A DNA stretch of 64,000 nucleotides. Source: Amoebidium appalachense. Lineage: Eukaryota > Protista > Ichthyosporea. Location: positions 9,923,355 through 9,987,354 of the forward strand of contig CAVNZM010000006.1 in the NCBI GenBank assembly GCA_963693365.1. The letters run 5' to 3'. Numbering within the stretch: position 1 is the first letter of the stretch; each line of letters begins with the position of its first letter. The position numbers and the translations under genes were made by a program. Shown in pieces: positions 39,730 to 54,795 of this stretch. The notes below the pieces were generated by a model that had not been told where the DNA came from, made no database searches, and saw only the letters and a program-made list of their open reading frames with translations.

Positions 39730-42700
39730 CCCATCAGAGGGTCCGGTGCTGATGTGATACCCCCCCCCCCCCCCCCCCCCCCCCCAACCCGTTCTAGCAC
39801 CTACCCATTCCCCACCCAATCCCCCCCCTCCCCTTGCCCCCTCTCACCCTCCTCTTCGCCCTTTTCCCCCGAAAGGGGGCCAAGAATTATTTATTCTCGC
39901 TTAGGTACCTCTTCCCACCCCACAGTGGTCTTCTCTCTTTCAGATTCAACACGAGATAAGCAACAACATGCACAAATGTGTGGCAGGAAGGGTGTGTCAA
40001 GTGAAGAATCCGGGGGAGAGGAAGGGGAAAAGGTTTCTTTCTTGGGGAAGGGGGGGTGGGGGGGAGTGAGGGAGGGGGGGAGGGGGGGAAGGTGCGCAAG
40101 ACGAAGGGAAGGACATTTGCATGCAAGAACGTGCACCAGTTTGCACTACACACGTACACAATGAACGCCACCCAACCTTTGCCCAAGAAGCTGATTGTAC
40201 CCTGACCGTTACGGTTCTTCTCACAGTGCTGAATGTGGAGGGATCCAGGGGGGTCTCGTTGCAAAATTCGAATGGAACCCCACGGCAATTTTGCACCCAT
40301 CTCTTTGCTGGCAAGCACACATCATAGGATCTGCTGTAACGTACAAAAGGGAAATTGCGGCTCTCAAAAAGTTGTGTGAGGGGGGCTCCGTGGCAAACGA
40401 GCTGGTGGGTGTACTTGCGGCAACCTTTGGTGAGTGAACACCATATGGTCGATCGCTTCTTTCTATAAATAACCTTTTGAGTTCTCTTGACCCCGGCTCT
40501 CCCTCACCCCTAAACGGATAACCACACATGGAACCTTGAATGCAATTTACTGATTTAAGGTCCAACCTTCCTTCCCTCCTTTCCCTCCTCCCCCCTACCC
40601 TCCTCCCAAACAAGGAAAAGAAAAATTAAAATAAAACCAAGACACAGCTTCATCTCCACCTACACCCATATACCACACCACCCGTCACATCCCCCCCCCC
40701 TCCCCCCCCCCCCCCCTCCCCCTCCCCCTTCCACACCTTCAGGTCACGAGCCCATGCCTGCACTCCGTTCCCTTAGCCCCCAACCGGTGCTTCCGCCCAC
40801 CGAGGGGCTCAATGTGGGCCAGCAGCAGGCAGTGTCTGCCTCCCTCGTGTCCCCACTGCTGCTTGTCAATGGTCCCCCGGGCACTGGTTCATAGCCCTGC
40901 CCGTCCCCCCTCCCCCCGCCCCCACGCGCACACCTACCCGTCTCTCTTCCCCTTCTTTTACATCCCCTTTCCCCCGTCCCCTCCCTTCCCCGTGCGCCGC
41001 GCAGGCCACACAGAGCCCAAAAAACTTTTAAGTACACCACCTACTTAACTGCCACCAATACTGCATTTTGGACACAGGCACACTCCCCCGGTCAGATCTA
41101 TCCAACTTATGCCCTTGTGCTCTATCCCCCCCCTCTTCCCCCCCTTTCCCCTCTCGCCCCCACCCACCCACCCACCCACCCGCCCACCCACCACCCATCC
41201 ACCCCACCCCATCCCTTCCCATTACTCTTTCCCTCGCCAATTATTCTCCTTGCATGTTTTCCTGAGTTCTGGTATTGGATATTCTTATGTTTAGCACATG
41301 CTGATGCACATGACCTTCCACCAAAGTCAGCCATTTCTGCTGTCTCTTTTCTTTGATCTCCAAGCAACCAATCCAGAAAACCCCCCGGGAGGAGGGGGGA
41401 GAAAGGTGTTGACTAGGTGTGGTATTTTCATAGTTAATAGCGATGTGATAGTTGTACACAATACATACAAAATTACAGATGTTTAGCCCTTTATCCCGCT
41501 TTGGGCCCTAGGTCAACCCAAAAGGTGCCATGCAGCATATTCAGCATACACCATACCCTTGGGTGACACCCCAGTGCTTGTAGTTGTAATGCAATTCTTG
41601 GACGTCCAATCAAATTGAGTATCCATCAATAAGTTCATATATAACCATGGTGCATATCCATATGCAGATGCATCTGACAGCCCCCCCCCCCCTCCCCTCC
41701 CCCCAGGAAAGACCCACACGATCATATCCATGGTCCGTGCCCATCTCTGTGCCTGGCCCACACACAAGATCCTGCTGACTGCTGCCTGCCATGCTGCCGT
41801 CGACAACCTGCTCGAGAAACTTGCTACCCTGCCTGGCTTCACCCCAATCAGGGTCGCTGAAACCCTCCCTCCCTAACCCCTCCCCCCCCCCTTTTTGGGC
41901 CCTTCCCCCCTCCTCTCCCCCCACCCCCCCTAAAAGGTCTCATCCAAATTAGGGTAGCTGAGTATCTTCCCCAACAACTAACAATTTACCCCCTCCTCCC
42001 CCCCTCTTGCCCCCCCCCCCCCCCCCCCCTCCCCTCTCCCCCCCCCCCCTTCCCCCCCCCCCCCCCCCCCCCCCCCCCGCCACCACCCATCCAAAACCCC
42101 CACATCCCACACGAAGACTCTATACCCACACCCTATCATTCCTCTGTACCGAGACTATCTATCTTAATCTGAACCCTGCATCTAAGTTAACCTTCAGCTA
42201 CAGTAGCCAGTGCCTATAAACACAAGTGTCTGCATCGATTCCTCCCCCCCCCCCCCCCTCTCCCCCTCCACCGACTGTTTCCCGGGCCTGCTGATATCTA
42301 AAACCCATGTGACCCATTCTTACCCAGGCTCATTGGCATGTCACTCACCCCAGCCATTCCCTCCCTCCATTCTACTCCTATCCCTCTAACCTCCTGTCTC
42401 GCTCTCTTCTCCCCCTCCCCCCGCCCCCCTCCTTTGCCCCTCTCCCCCCCCCCCCCCCCCCCCCTCTTCCTTCTCTCCGCCACCTACAGGTAGGTGATGT
42501 GCAGTGTGCGTGGTGCACTCTCAGCCCCGTCAGTCTTGAGGCCCAGCTGGGTGGGTTGGGTCCCTTCGAGGCCCCCAAGAAGGCCCGGCAGCTGCTCAGT
42601 GATGCATCCATCGTGCTGGCAACATGTTCCGGTGCAGGCAACCCCTTGCTTGCGGTCTGTGTCCCCCCACAGTAAGCCACTTGGGGTGAATTAGCCCGAC

Positions 42701-43768
42701 TATTGACATCAACACTGACCTTTTTTTGTTCCCGACATCCCCCCCTCCCCCCTCCCCCTCCCCCCCCTCCCCCACACACACAACCCACCCCCCAACCCCT
42801 CCCCTGCCCCGGGGCCCGCCCTGCCCGCGCCCCCCTCCCCCGGCCACCACCACAACCACCACCATCACTGCGCCACCCCCTCTCGTTTTTTGGCCCGGAA
42901 AAACCGATATTCATTCTCGCAGGATTGCTGTATTCCTTATTCAAATCGTCCCCCCTCCCCTCCCCCCACTCCCCCTTCCCCCGCCTTCTCTATCCCCCCC
43001 ATCCCGTCCCCGCTCCCTTCACGCTCTCTAAACCCCCCACGTAATCCCAGAACACACACAATTCAAGGAGCCTCTTTTCACACAACATCTCTTTTTAGTA
43101 CCCATACATGCAGCCTAAGCCCTAATTCTCATCTTACTCCCTCAGATTACCCCCCCCCCCCCCCCCCCCCCCCCCTTCCCCGCCCCCTCCGGCTCCGCCC
43201 TTTTTTGAGCTCTCTTGACCCCCCCCCCCCACCCCCTCCCCCCTCCTCCCTCCCCCCCCCCCCCCCCCCCCTCTCCCCCTCCTACTAAGTGTACCTGTTG
43301 CTGATACCTGTCTACCCTCAGGGTTGCAAGTTTGACCTGGTGTTGGTAGATGAAGCCACCCAAGTAAGCGAGCCCACGGTCCTGATACCCATGGCCTTAT
43401 CCCGGGGGTCCCTTGTCCTTGTGGGTGATCCTTGCCAGCTACCCCCCACAACTGGGCTACTTTCAGGGCCACAGGGACTGGAGGTGTCACTGTTCGAAAG
43501 GCTGATACAGGCCGGATGGGGCAGCATGATGCAATACCGCATGCACCCGGCCCTATGTGGTAGGTCTATGTGTTCTCCGGTTGGTTGGTGTCACCTAGTG
43601 GAATGCAGCGCATGGTTAGGACCGTGCTATCGCTCGATCTTGACTGTATAGATTTTTTCTGGGTTATTTTTTTATTTTTTAAGGGTTGGGCGGGCAGCTG
43701 GTGGCGGTGGTGGGTTTGGTGGGTGGGGGTTTGGGTGGAGTGGGGTGGAGTGGAATGAGTGTGTGTGT

Positions 43769-43821
<53 letters not shown>

Positions 43822-45233
43822 GACTCGGGCCATTGTCTTTTTTTTGGGGGGGGGGGCGGGGGGAGGGGGAGGGGGGAGGACGGAGGTGGGGGGGGGGGAG
43901 GGGGCGAGGGGACGAACCGCTTGTGAGAAAGAGTAGACGTTTCCGAGCAGCCTTTTCCAGGCATATATTGGGGTTGTTTGCTGCAGTCATTCTTCACAAC
44001 CCGACCAGGTAAGCAGCTATTTGAAAATGCAAATATTTTGTAGACACCTGTGAAATGTAGCCCCCCCATTCCCCCCAGCCCCTCCCCCCCCCCCCCCCCC
44101 CCCCCCCACCCCCTCAAACAAAAATTGGTTGGCTGACCAATCATGTTGCAGAATTTCCTTCAGCCCAGTTCTATGGTGGCAAGCTGAGCACTGGCATCAC
44201 TGCACGTGAGCGCCCAGCACCCTCTGGGTTCCCATGGAAGGATCCTTCCAGACCAATCGCCTTTGTGCAGGTCGCCGGTATGGAGACTTCATATGGAGCC
44301 TCAAATGCCAACCAAAAGGAGGCACGGGTTGTGGCTGTGATTGTGGGAAAGATTTTGGGTGCAGGGGACCTGGTAGCCAATCAGATTGGGGTGGTGGCAC
44401 CCTACAGCGGCCAGGTGAAGGTCTTGAAGGATTTGCTGCAGACACACAAAGGTGGGTGGATATGTGGATGAGTGTTCGATAAATGGTGGTGGGGTGTGGT
44501 GTTGGGCTTGATGGGTGTGGATAGGTTGGTCGGCGAGTGGAGGATTATTGAAGAGGGTAAGGGGACTGGGAGAGGGGGGGGAGGTGGAGGGAAGAAGGGA
44601 AGGGAAGGGGGGTGCAGAGGATGGCTGGGGAATCCGAACTGCATATGCATGATAAGCATCAAGAGAACGGGATTTTTGGGTGCATAAACTCGTATGCACC
44701 CGACGGCCAATCAACCCCCCCCCCCCCCCCCCCCCCCCCCCTTCCCCTTCCGGATGCCCTGCCTCCTCGCCCGCCCGCCCCTATCATAGCCGATAGAAAT
44801 GGCAAAGACCCTCACCTCTCCCACACACAGGAGCACCTAACTCCTTGCACACACTCACAATGTGCATCGATATCCACAGGGGTCGAGATTGACTCTGGGG
44901 ACGGGTTCCAAGGCCGAGAAAAGGAAATGATCGTGTTCTCGGCCACAAGATGCAATGGGCTGGGCAGGGTGGGTTTTCTGAGCGACCACCGGCGACTCAA
45001 CGTGTTGCTGACACGTGCACGGAGGTCCGGATTGGTGGTGGTGGGGGATAGGGCAACCCTGAAGAGTGATGTGCTGTGGGGAAGGTGGCTGGATTGGGTG
45101 TGTGCTGAGGGACCAGTGGTGGCTAGTTAAAAGTGTATGTGTGCATGTGTGCCTGTGTGTGTGTTTGTTTGGTCTTTCTTCTGTGGTGGTGTGGTGGTGT
45201 GTTGGGGGTGGGGGCGGGTAGACGGGGGTTTTT

Positions 45234-45264
<31 letters not shown>

Positions 45265-45269
45265 GGGGG

Positions 45270-45407
45270 TTTTGAATGCGTCAAAAAGTACGAAGTACAC
45301 AAGAACAAACGGATAACACGATGCAGAATGCAAGCCATACATAAAGAGTATGCATAATAAGCAGAGCCCATCCTCAGGGGGGGCCCACGTCATCCACAGT
45401 ACCCGAG
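45270..45407 (-). mobile_element. 5'-truncated dispersed copy of the subfamily B repeat
   Basis: Reverse complement of ~14717-14852 with few mismatches, and identical to the overlapping part of the 52070 copy. Followed in element sense by poly-C then poly-A. Confidence 0.9.
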
Positions 45408-47054
45408 GGGGGGGGGGGGGGGGGGGGGATTGGTATGCATGTATCGAGAGTCATGTATTGCACAAACACCGTACGTATATGCCCGAACATGTGGACCAGG
45501 TATGGTGTCGTGGTGGTGGGTATGCAAAAGTCATTAAAGTATGAAGATGGATTTGATGAAAAAAGGACCCTGCCAGCTCATGGTAGTTGGATCAGGTCTC
45601 GACCAGAACGGGCACATACCCCCCTCCCTCCCTCCCTCCCCCCCCCCCCCCCCCCCCCCCCATATACATACAGGCAAATCAAGAAAAAGCCCCCCCCCCC
45701 CCCCCCCCCCCAATTTGCAACTAAGCCTACCCACCCCATTTCTGAGCACTACTGACTCCCACCACATACACACGAGCACTGGACATTGCACAGGTTTGAA
45801 CCCAAGATACCAAGGTTAGCAGGGCATGCATGATGTTTCTTTTCGTACCCTGAACCGGTGTTTTCTATGGCAAGAAGTCACGTCCTACATCCTTTATTGG
45901 GTTTAAATTACAGTTTACTTTTGGTATCTGCATGTAATTGGCTGATGTTGCTTTTGCGTAGGCATCAAGTGCCTTACCACACGTGATTTACACATTCTTA
46001 GTTAATATAAAATAGCCAGAGCTATTCAGATTAGGGGTAGATTGATTATTCATCTACGGCAAGACGAGAGTGCACTCACATATGCGTTAAGCTACTTATT
46101 ATCTCAGAAGAAATTACATACCATCCCGGAAAACTGTTCCACTTTCGCGGACTACTCAACATCCTATTCAGTTCATTCCAATGCTAGACCTATTTTTTTT
46201 TGGGCTAATATGTCTCCAATAAATCAGGCAGGGCAGGATGTGTGTGCACAGACATCAACCTTGTAACTTAGATACATGCACGCTGTGGGAGCAAGGGTGG
46301 ATGATGAATGCACCAAACCACCCCAGCAAAAATATAACAATCCGTCTCACCAATGACCTACATACAACACCCAGAGCCTGCTATGGCCAAAAAAAAGAAA
46401 GGTGTGTGTGCCCATTCACACATACATGAACTCTCGGAACAAAATCTGCCCGTCCATTTCGGTCAACTTGAGGGAATTTGCCTCTAGCAGTATGCAACCC
46501 CTTTCATTTCCCTCCAACGGGCAGCCACAATTGCTACCTCTTGTCGCCAAATGGGTTTTTGGACTTTTCCTGAACAGGGAAAAAGGGTTACCAATGGGTT
46601 ACAAATACTATTCGAAACGGGCCAAACACAAATGGATCGCGAATCGTGTCATTACCATGAAAATACATGCCACGATTACCAAAGATAGGATTTGAGCCTA
46701 GAAGTGCACCACCGTAAGGCCTGTGTAACATAGTCCGATATACACCAGGAAAAGAGCTGCACATGCAGTTAAAAGTAGTTACTAGATTACACGTGCCTTA
46801 ATCATGCATATACCCATGTGCTTGGCTGCATATGCTTAGGTTGGTGCTGTGAGGGGAGGGGGTTGGTCTGCATTTGGTGCAACCTCGTCCGGGGAGAGGG
46901 GAAGGAGGGCAAGGAGAATGGAAAAGGGGGAGGGGGTGTTTACCTTGCTTTGGAGGAAGGAAAACATCTTGCCTGCAAGTGAATTTCATGGTCAGATTGG
47001 CCTTCGACTTCTAGGTGCACGTTGTGCACACCTAACTGCCCAGGTTACGTGTAG

Positions 47055-47088
<34 letters not shown>

Positions 47089-47303
47089 CCCCCAAACACC
47101 CACCCCCCTTCTCCCCCGCCACCCTTTTGGTCACCATATTCCCCACAAGGAGAGACGCAAGGCAAACAAAGGGGTTGCCTGCGGGTGGCAGAGGACGTGG
47201 AGCAGAGACAATGCATGAGTAGGCCCTTGTAGGCCACAAAAACACACGTTGGTAGTGGTTAGCCCTCCTCCCCCCCCCCCCCCCCCCCTTCTGCACACGG
47301 CCT

Positions 47304-47340
<37 letters not shown>

Positions 47341-47494
47341 ACACACACACCTCCCCCCCGAAAGCGCGCAAAGGGAAGGGGTGGGGGAGGAGGGGGGGGG
47401 GGGGGGGGGGCTGGGTCGGGTGGGTGTTTTGTGCAATTGCCTGTTTTGTGTATGTTTATGTGTAGGTTTTTGAGGCAGGAGGGTATGGTGGGTG

Positions 47495-47558
<64 letters not shown>

Positions 47559-47643
47559 GTGTGTGTATGTCAAGAGAAAGCTCCTTTTTATCTGCGTGTC
47601 ATGGGAACCGTTAGCCCCCAGTGTTGGCCCCACTGATGACGCT

Positions 47644-47682
<39 letters not shown>

Positions 47683-47938
47683 AGGCCGGCAGCATCACAG
47701 TGGCGGCCACATTCTATAGCCTATATTACGTAGACCATATAATGACGTCATTTTGAATTAGTCTTCCGCCACCGTGCGGGGCCGAAATTTGGGGCTAGGG
47801 AACCGTAGGAGCCCCAAGGATATGACTCCTCCGAGACAGGAAGGCACCGGTTTAGGTCAAAGCAGATGACATGTGGCACCCACGAACCAACAGCAAGGCT
47901 GGCCAGGCCACAGATATACACAGACTTAGCCGATAACA

Positions 47939-48627
47939 TCAATGAGTGCAGAGCCGGCCTGGGGTTCCCACTTCATCTTTTCTTCTTCTATTTCTTTTCT
48001 GTTCTTCCTTTTTTTTTTGTGTGTGTGTGTTAGGGAGGGCGGAGGGGGTGGGGGGGAGGGGGGAGGGGGGGGAGGGGGAGGGCGGGAATAGACCTGGGTT
48101 GAAGCCGGACGACTGAGAGACCGACTCAGTGAGCTCTGTGGACTCGAGGACCTGCCTGGAGATGGTCACAAAGGGCATGGCCACAAGCTCGTCGGGGCTA
48201 TTGTTGGCTGACAGCTCGATGTAGCCCACTGGGGGGGGGGGGGGGGGGTGGCGGAAGGCGGGGAAGGGGGAAGAGGGGGAGGGAGGTTAGATGGGAAGGA
48301 TGGAGGTGGGAAGGAAAGGAGGAAGGGTGGGGAAGGGGGGTGGGGGAGGGGATTGGTTAGAATGTAGTACGCACCATAAAATCCAAATATACCTACGACA
48401 TTGTCATGCATCTATCAAGAAGAGGCGCATATGGTATGCGCACAAGTAGGGCTCAAACTCAATGGGGCCTAAAGTCATTTACTGTACCCGAGTTTTCATC
48501 CCTCTACTTTGCGCACGAAACCAACTCGGGAGGGGAGGAGGGGGGGTGAGGGGGTGGGTGGATGGGGGGAGGGGGGGGGGGAGTGAGGTTATGGGTAATA
48601 AAAGGTGGCAAAAATGGGAACAAAGGT

Positions 48628-48664
<37 letters not shown>

Positions 48665-48843
48665 GGGGGGGGGGGGGGGGGAATGGGTAAGGTGTCATCA
48701 CGACGGACAGCACCACGAATATTGCAAAGCACACACAATGATTATGCACCATAAAAAAAGTGGGGCGGGTGTTTGGGTGGGTGGAGGGGAGGGGAGAGGG
48801 GAAGCAAGAGAGGGGGTGCACCTTTCACATAAAAAATACGAAA

Positions 48844-48879
<36 letters not shown>

Positions 48880-49175
48880 GGAGCAATCCCTCCTCTGGAC
48901 CCCCTGCTTTTGGCAATCATCCCCCCCCCGCCCCCCCTATCATTTCTCTCCCATCTTAACCCCCCCCCCCCCCCCCCCTTTCTTCCCAACGCCGAACATT
49001 ATGCTGGTATGTCGTCTACAGGTGTGTAACCATGTGTGTATGTATGGCATATGTTCTAAACAGACGGCAAACAACACAACACCTACCTTTCTGGACTGAT
49101 GCCCAGGTCTGTGCCTGCTCAAGGTTGGCCTTGTTTGCTGCATCAAGCTTGTTGGCAACTACGATTACGGGTGCC

Positions 49176-49246
<71 letters not shown>

Positions 49247-49491
49247 GAGGGGGGGGGGAGGCCGAGGAGGGGGGGGGGGGGGGGGGGACCAGGAGGGGGA
49301 GTCTGACGTCAGATTATGTTGCACAGTACGAAGGAAGAAGACACACAAGAGAAATATATGGTGGGATGTAAATCGACAAGTAAGAGAAGTTGCACTAAAC
49401 GTGTTGTTAACATTCTAAGCGGAACCCGTTTCAAAGGTTGGTGGTGTGTGTGTGTGTGTGTGTGTTTGTGTGTTTGTGTGTGTGTGTTTTT

Positions 49492-49523
<32 letters not shown>

Positions 49524-49934
49524 TGGGATGTATGCAGTAAAGGGTGGCTAACAAGCAAAGACAACTGTGATCTACAAAAAAAAACACAAAAAACCGAAAC
49601 AGAACAATGAGTGGTAGGGATAAAGAGGGTGCGGGGGGGGGGGGGGGGGGGGGGGGGAGGAAAGAGAGAGAGGGAGGGAGGGAGGGAGGGAGAGAGAGAG
49701 AGAGGGGGGGGGGAGGGAGAGAAGGGAGGGGGGAGGGAGGAAAGAGAGAGAGGAAGGGAGGGAGGGAGGGAGAGAGAGAGAGAGAGGGGGGGGGGGGGGG
49801 GGGGGAGAGGGGGAGGGGGCAGGGGAAAGAGGAGAGGAGAGCAGGAGGAAGGGGAGAGAGAGAGAGAAAGGGAGAGAATGTGTGTGTGTGTACGTTAAAA
49901 CGTTTTGTTTTTCGTTTTTTGTTCAAAAAAAAAT

Positions 49935-50004
<70 letters not shown>

Positions 50005-50969
50005 AGAAGGAGGGATGAGAGGGCCCCAAAGGGAACCGCTGTGAGAAAGCAATGCAGCAAAAGCACTCAGAAGCGGGCAGGGGAGGGGCCAGAGCACGTA
50101 CCGGGCCCTTGAGTGATTCGATCTCCTGCCGCCATGCAGAGATGGTTCGGAACGAGTCGGGCTGGTCGGCCCCATACACCAACACAAACCCCTGCACCAA
50201 CCACACGACATGTCAGCCGACAGACACCGTCTGCGCAAAACAATTTCTCCTACTCTGCTCTAAACCTCGTATTTCCTGAAGAAAGCATGCCCCCCTTCCC
50301 ACCCCCACCCTCACTCCCAGTTCCCAACCGACACCCACAGACACGACACATTTTCTTCATCTACCGTTTCCCTTGCCTTGGCGTCTACTTCTGGCCCCTT
50401 CCCCTGCAACTCTACTCCCCGCTCCCCCCCCCCCTCCCCCGCAATTCTACTCCCAGGCATTCACCCAGTCACCTCCACGCAATCCTTCACCAATGCCCCA
50501 TTCATCCCCCCCTCCCCCCCCCCCCCCCCCCCCCCTTTTGGTCGCCTCCAACCAGCACTCCCCACTGTCGTTGACCCACCAACCCAATACACAGGCAAGG
50601 AGAGGCAGGTGCAGGACTTACGTGGGCCCTTTTGATGTAGAAGTGCCGCATGTCCTCGGAGCTGATCTGTGGCAGAACCGTCCAGTCAGCTCGTTTATGT
50701 TATTGTGAAGAACCGTACAAATGCAATCAGAGCTAGGGGGGCTGATAAAGAAGGGCATTCCACACCACCACACACTGGCCTCCCACCTTGCTGCCTCATC
50801 CATTTCTACCCAGAAAGTTTGTGACGGCTAAGGAGGGAGGGGGAGGGAGGGGGGGGGGGGAGGGGGGGGACTATATAGAAGCTATATAGAAATAGGTGCA
50901 GTTATAATCACGAACACACGCAACAAACATATAAGCAGTAGTAGGATGATTAGAGCCCCTGCGCAGAAT

Positions 50970-51012
<43 letters not shown>

Positions 51013-51374
51013 GAGAGGGCAGAAAAGCGAAACACATTCAGCAGGGGAATTCAGGCTCGAATTCCACGAATAAGCGGAGTTCAGTAACAAGGTGTGTGCC
51101 GTGGTTTTTCTTCTATTTGTGTTTATCTATGTGTGCGTTAGAGTATGTGTTCGCACACATGTCCCTGCTTGTGTGTACCCACGTGTGTGTGTGCACACAC
51201 ACTCACATGTGCGTGTGCGTGCCGATGTATGCACCTGGGATTGAAGGCAAGCGAGAAGAGAAGGGGTAGGGGGAATATTAGCTCGACATTATGGGTCCGG
51301 GAAACGGGTCGGGCTGTTGGTGATAGGTTGTACGTTGTTATTTGGTGCATGCATGCATGCATGAGCGTGTGTGT

Positions 51375-51432
<58 letters not shown>

Positions 51433-51700
51433 ATGTGTATGTATGTTGTGTGTATGAATGAGTGTATGTCGTGTGTGTAATTTTGGGTTCCCATACTGTG
51501 CCTGCCGTGTCGAGTATTTGGATGTCCTGCACGGTGGAATCATCTGCAGAGATGGAGCGCTCATATGTGTCCTCGACCGTCTCGAATTGCTGCACCACAC
51601 TGTTAACAGATGTGCCACCAAATGGGGACCGAACAGCTAGCGTGGATGGAGGGACGGAAAAAAGAGGGATGGGTGTGTGTGTGGGTGTGTGGGTGGGTGT

Positions 51701-51756
<56 letters not shown>

Positions 51757-52022
51757 GGGGGGGAGTGGTGGAGGGAGGGCACGTGTGGATAGTAAGCCCA
51801 TAGCCATGTTACGAGATTAGTTGGCAGACACAGAGGCTTAGAAACAAATGGATGCATGAATGATCGAACAAACATTAAAAACCTTGCTGGCTGAGATAAT
51901 GCTCGGGAACCACTGAGGGGGGGGTGGGGTGAGGTGGGGTGGGGGAAGGTCGGTAGCACTTTATGGGTCGAGACGATACCAAACGATAACACATACAAAG
52001 AACACAATGTGTACAACCCAAG

Positions 52023-52053
<31 letters not shown>

Positions 52054-52257
52054 GGGGGGGCGGGGGGGGTTTGAATGCGTCAAAAAGTACGAAGTACACA
52101 AGAACAAACGGATAACACGATGCAGAATGCAAGCCATACATAAAGAGTATGCATAATAAGCAGAGCCCATCCTCAGGGGGGGCCCACGTCATCCACAGTA
52201 CCCGAGTTTCGACCTATTCCCCTCGTTAACGAAACCCAACTCAGATACTGTTTCACT

Positions 52258-52291
<34 letters not shown>

Positions 52292-52782
52292 CAGCACAGT
52301 CATCGTCTAATTTCAACTAATTATCATTATTAGCTGTCACCAACCCACAGGATCACTTTATCTTTCGCCCCCCCCTTCCCCCCTCCCTTTCCAACCTTCC
52401 CCCCCCCCCGCCCCCCCAACCACCAAGCCCAACCCAATACCATACCTCGCCCTTTCTGAAGGACTTGCCGTCCACAAAGCGCTCTATCAGGCTCGTCTTT
52501 CCCACCTTGTTGGCTCCAAACACAGCAATAATCACCTGCAAGAGCCGGCTACGTTAGGAGTAGTCCTTGAAAACAATGATGATAGTAAAAGTTATATATA
52601 GAGCTATTCTAGACTGCTCAGGAGGGGCAAAAGGCGGGAAAGGGCAGGAGGGAGGGAGGGAAAGGGGGAGAGAGAAGAGAGAGAGAGAGAGAGGGGGGGG
52701 GAGGGGGGGGGGGGAGAGAGAGAGAGAGAGGGGGGGGGGGGGGGGGGGGAGAGAGAGAGATGGGGGGAGAGAGAGAGAGGGA

Positions 52783-52825
<43 letters not shown>

Positions 52826-52832
52826 GGGGGGG

Positions 52833-52863
<31 letters not shown>

Positions 52864-52909
52864 GAGAGATGGGGAGAGAGAGAGAGAGAGATAGAGAGAG
52901 TGTGTGTAT

Positions 52910-52983
<74 letters not shown>

Positions 52984-53716
52984 GGGGTGGGGAGGGAGAG
53001 AGGGAGGGGGGGGGGGGGGGAAGGGAGAAAGGGGGGGGGAGGGAGGGGCGAGAGAAATTGGGGGAAGAAAGAGGGAGGGGAGAGCGAGAGGGGGCGGGGG
53101 GGCGGAGAGAGAGAGAGAAAGAGGGGGAGGGGGAGCTAGAGATAGGTAGAGAAAGACAGACAGACAGATAGATGAAGAGAGAAAGAGAGGAGGGAGAGAT
53201 AGAGAGAGGGAGAGCGACAAAGAGAGAAAGAGAGAGAGAGAGAGAGTCAGAGATAGAGAGAGAGAGAGAAGATGGGGGGGGAGGGGGGGAGGGGTGGGGG
53301 GTATGCACGCTAATATTAGAAGTGAACGAGGGGTGGTTGTGTCCAAGGATGGCGGGGGCGCTGTCATGGTCCATTAAGTAAAGTGTGTGCGTGTATTCAC
53401 AAGTGTGTGCCTGTGTCTCTTGTGCGGGACTGTGTATGGTGTGCATGTGAGCCCGGTGTCTCCGTGCGTGTAGGGTGTGTGTGAGTGCGTGTGTGCGCGT
53501 GTTAGCGACAAACGTACCCGGGGAGCATTGGTCCAGAGCTGTTTTCGGGTAAAATTCAAGAAGCTCGGAGATATAATAAGGGGAGGAGACGAAGTCCAAA
53601 ACAGGGAGGCAAGGCAGTACCTTTGGTAGGCGGGTAACCTCGGTGTCGCTGCCATGGCTGTTGCCGCTGGCCAGCTGTGTGCCCACTCCCGAGGTGCGCC
53701 GTTGTGCCCTTATCAT
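47939..53716 (-). CDS. Ras-superfamily small GTPase (Ras/Rap/Di-Ras-like), at least 7 exons; 3' end uncertain
   Basis: Exons 53621-53716 (MIRAQ..LPK), 52446-52535 (VIIAVFGANKVGKTSLIERFV, G1), ~51497-51598 (ETVEDTYERSI..ILDTAGT, G2/G3), ~50622-50666 (MRHFYIKRAH), ~50101-50190 (GFVLVY..SF), ~49087-49174 (PVIVVANKLD, G4) and ~48094-48229 (YIELSAN, G5). Confidence 0.88.
52070..52258 (-). mobile_element. Dispersed copy of the subfamily B repeat in a GTPase intron, sense to the host transcript
   Basis: Reverse complement of ~14665-14852. It retains the k-turn strands, the long stem, GAAA and CUGAGGA, and is truncated 5' at a homopolymer tract. Confidence 0.9.
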
Positions 53717-54795
53717 TCTATCTAATGTTTATCAGCTAGCGTACCATGGGAAAAAAGCTGGCACTGAAGTACGGGGAAAATTTGATCCACGTAAAACGAT
53801 GCTGTTTCTATAGAAGCTCTACATCACGGCCTTTGTAAAACTAAACGAGGTAGAGGTCAACCACAAGAAGGGATGTATATCTACAACCCACAGGAAATAT
53901 TTAATTGCTAGTAAACTATACACCACAAGAAGCTTTGATGTCTTTCTGGGAATCGGAGGCTCTGGCAGCTGCAGTGGAGTCGGGGTTTAAGGTTTAGTGC
54001 ATCCCAATGGCTAGCTTGAATGCGATGTTTGGTACTAAGGAACTGAACCAATGCTGATCGCCTTGTAAAGAAACGAGAAGTTGTAAGAACGCCAGAGACA
54101 GAGGGTTATCCCTGATGTTGGAAACTAAACAAAGTTCCAATCTCCCACTATAATTGCTTTGCAATACTGGCCACCAACAGCTAGAAAGCCGAAAACGTCA
54201 CATCGGTGTTTTATGTCCGACTCAACTCGTGAGCTGGCCCGTGCACTACATCGGGGTTTCGAATTTCAGTCCTAAAAAAGGTTATTTGGCAGGGCAGGTA
54301 CGAGTGGAACCCCGTGCGACCCTGCACGTGGCATGTGGTGAAGCCTTCTTCTAACACCCCACCAAAAAGATATATAAGGATACCTCTATAGTTAGTATAA
54401 ATATAGTTTGTTTGCCCTGACGCATTGCCAACTGGTAATGTTTAAAACAGCAAGACGAATTCAAGGGCACGGTTGCAGTCGGCCGTGGCACCGGGCCGTA
54501 GTCGACCAGGCGTGTAATGCTTTTTGGTACCAAATTTGTAAAATAATTGGCTAACCTTTAGAGTTTTAGAATGTTTAACTATTTTATTGCGTTGGAATGC
54601 AGACACCGCGCGACGTTAGCCTATACACTAGTTCGGAATTCCCATTGGAATTCGTATGCGTAACCTTATATGGCTTACCTGAAAGATTCGGATCGTCTGA
54701 TTGGCCTCACTTTCCGAAAGGGTTAGGATAAGGGCTGCCCCGGGCCGGGGTGCAGATCTATACGCTCTGATGTACATGTTTTACTCGTTTTTACT

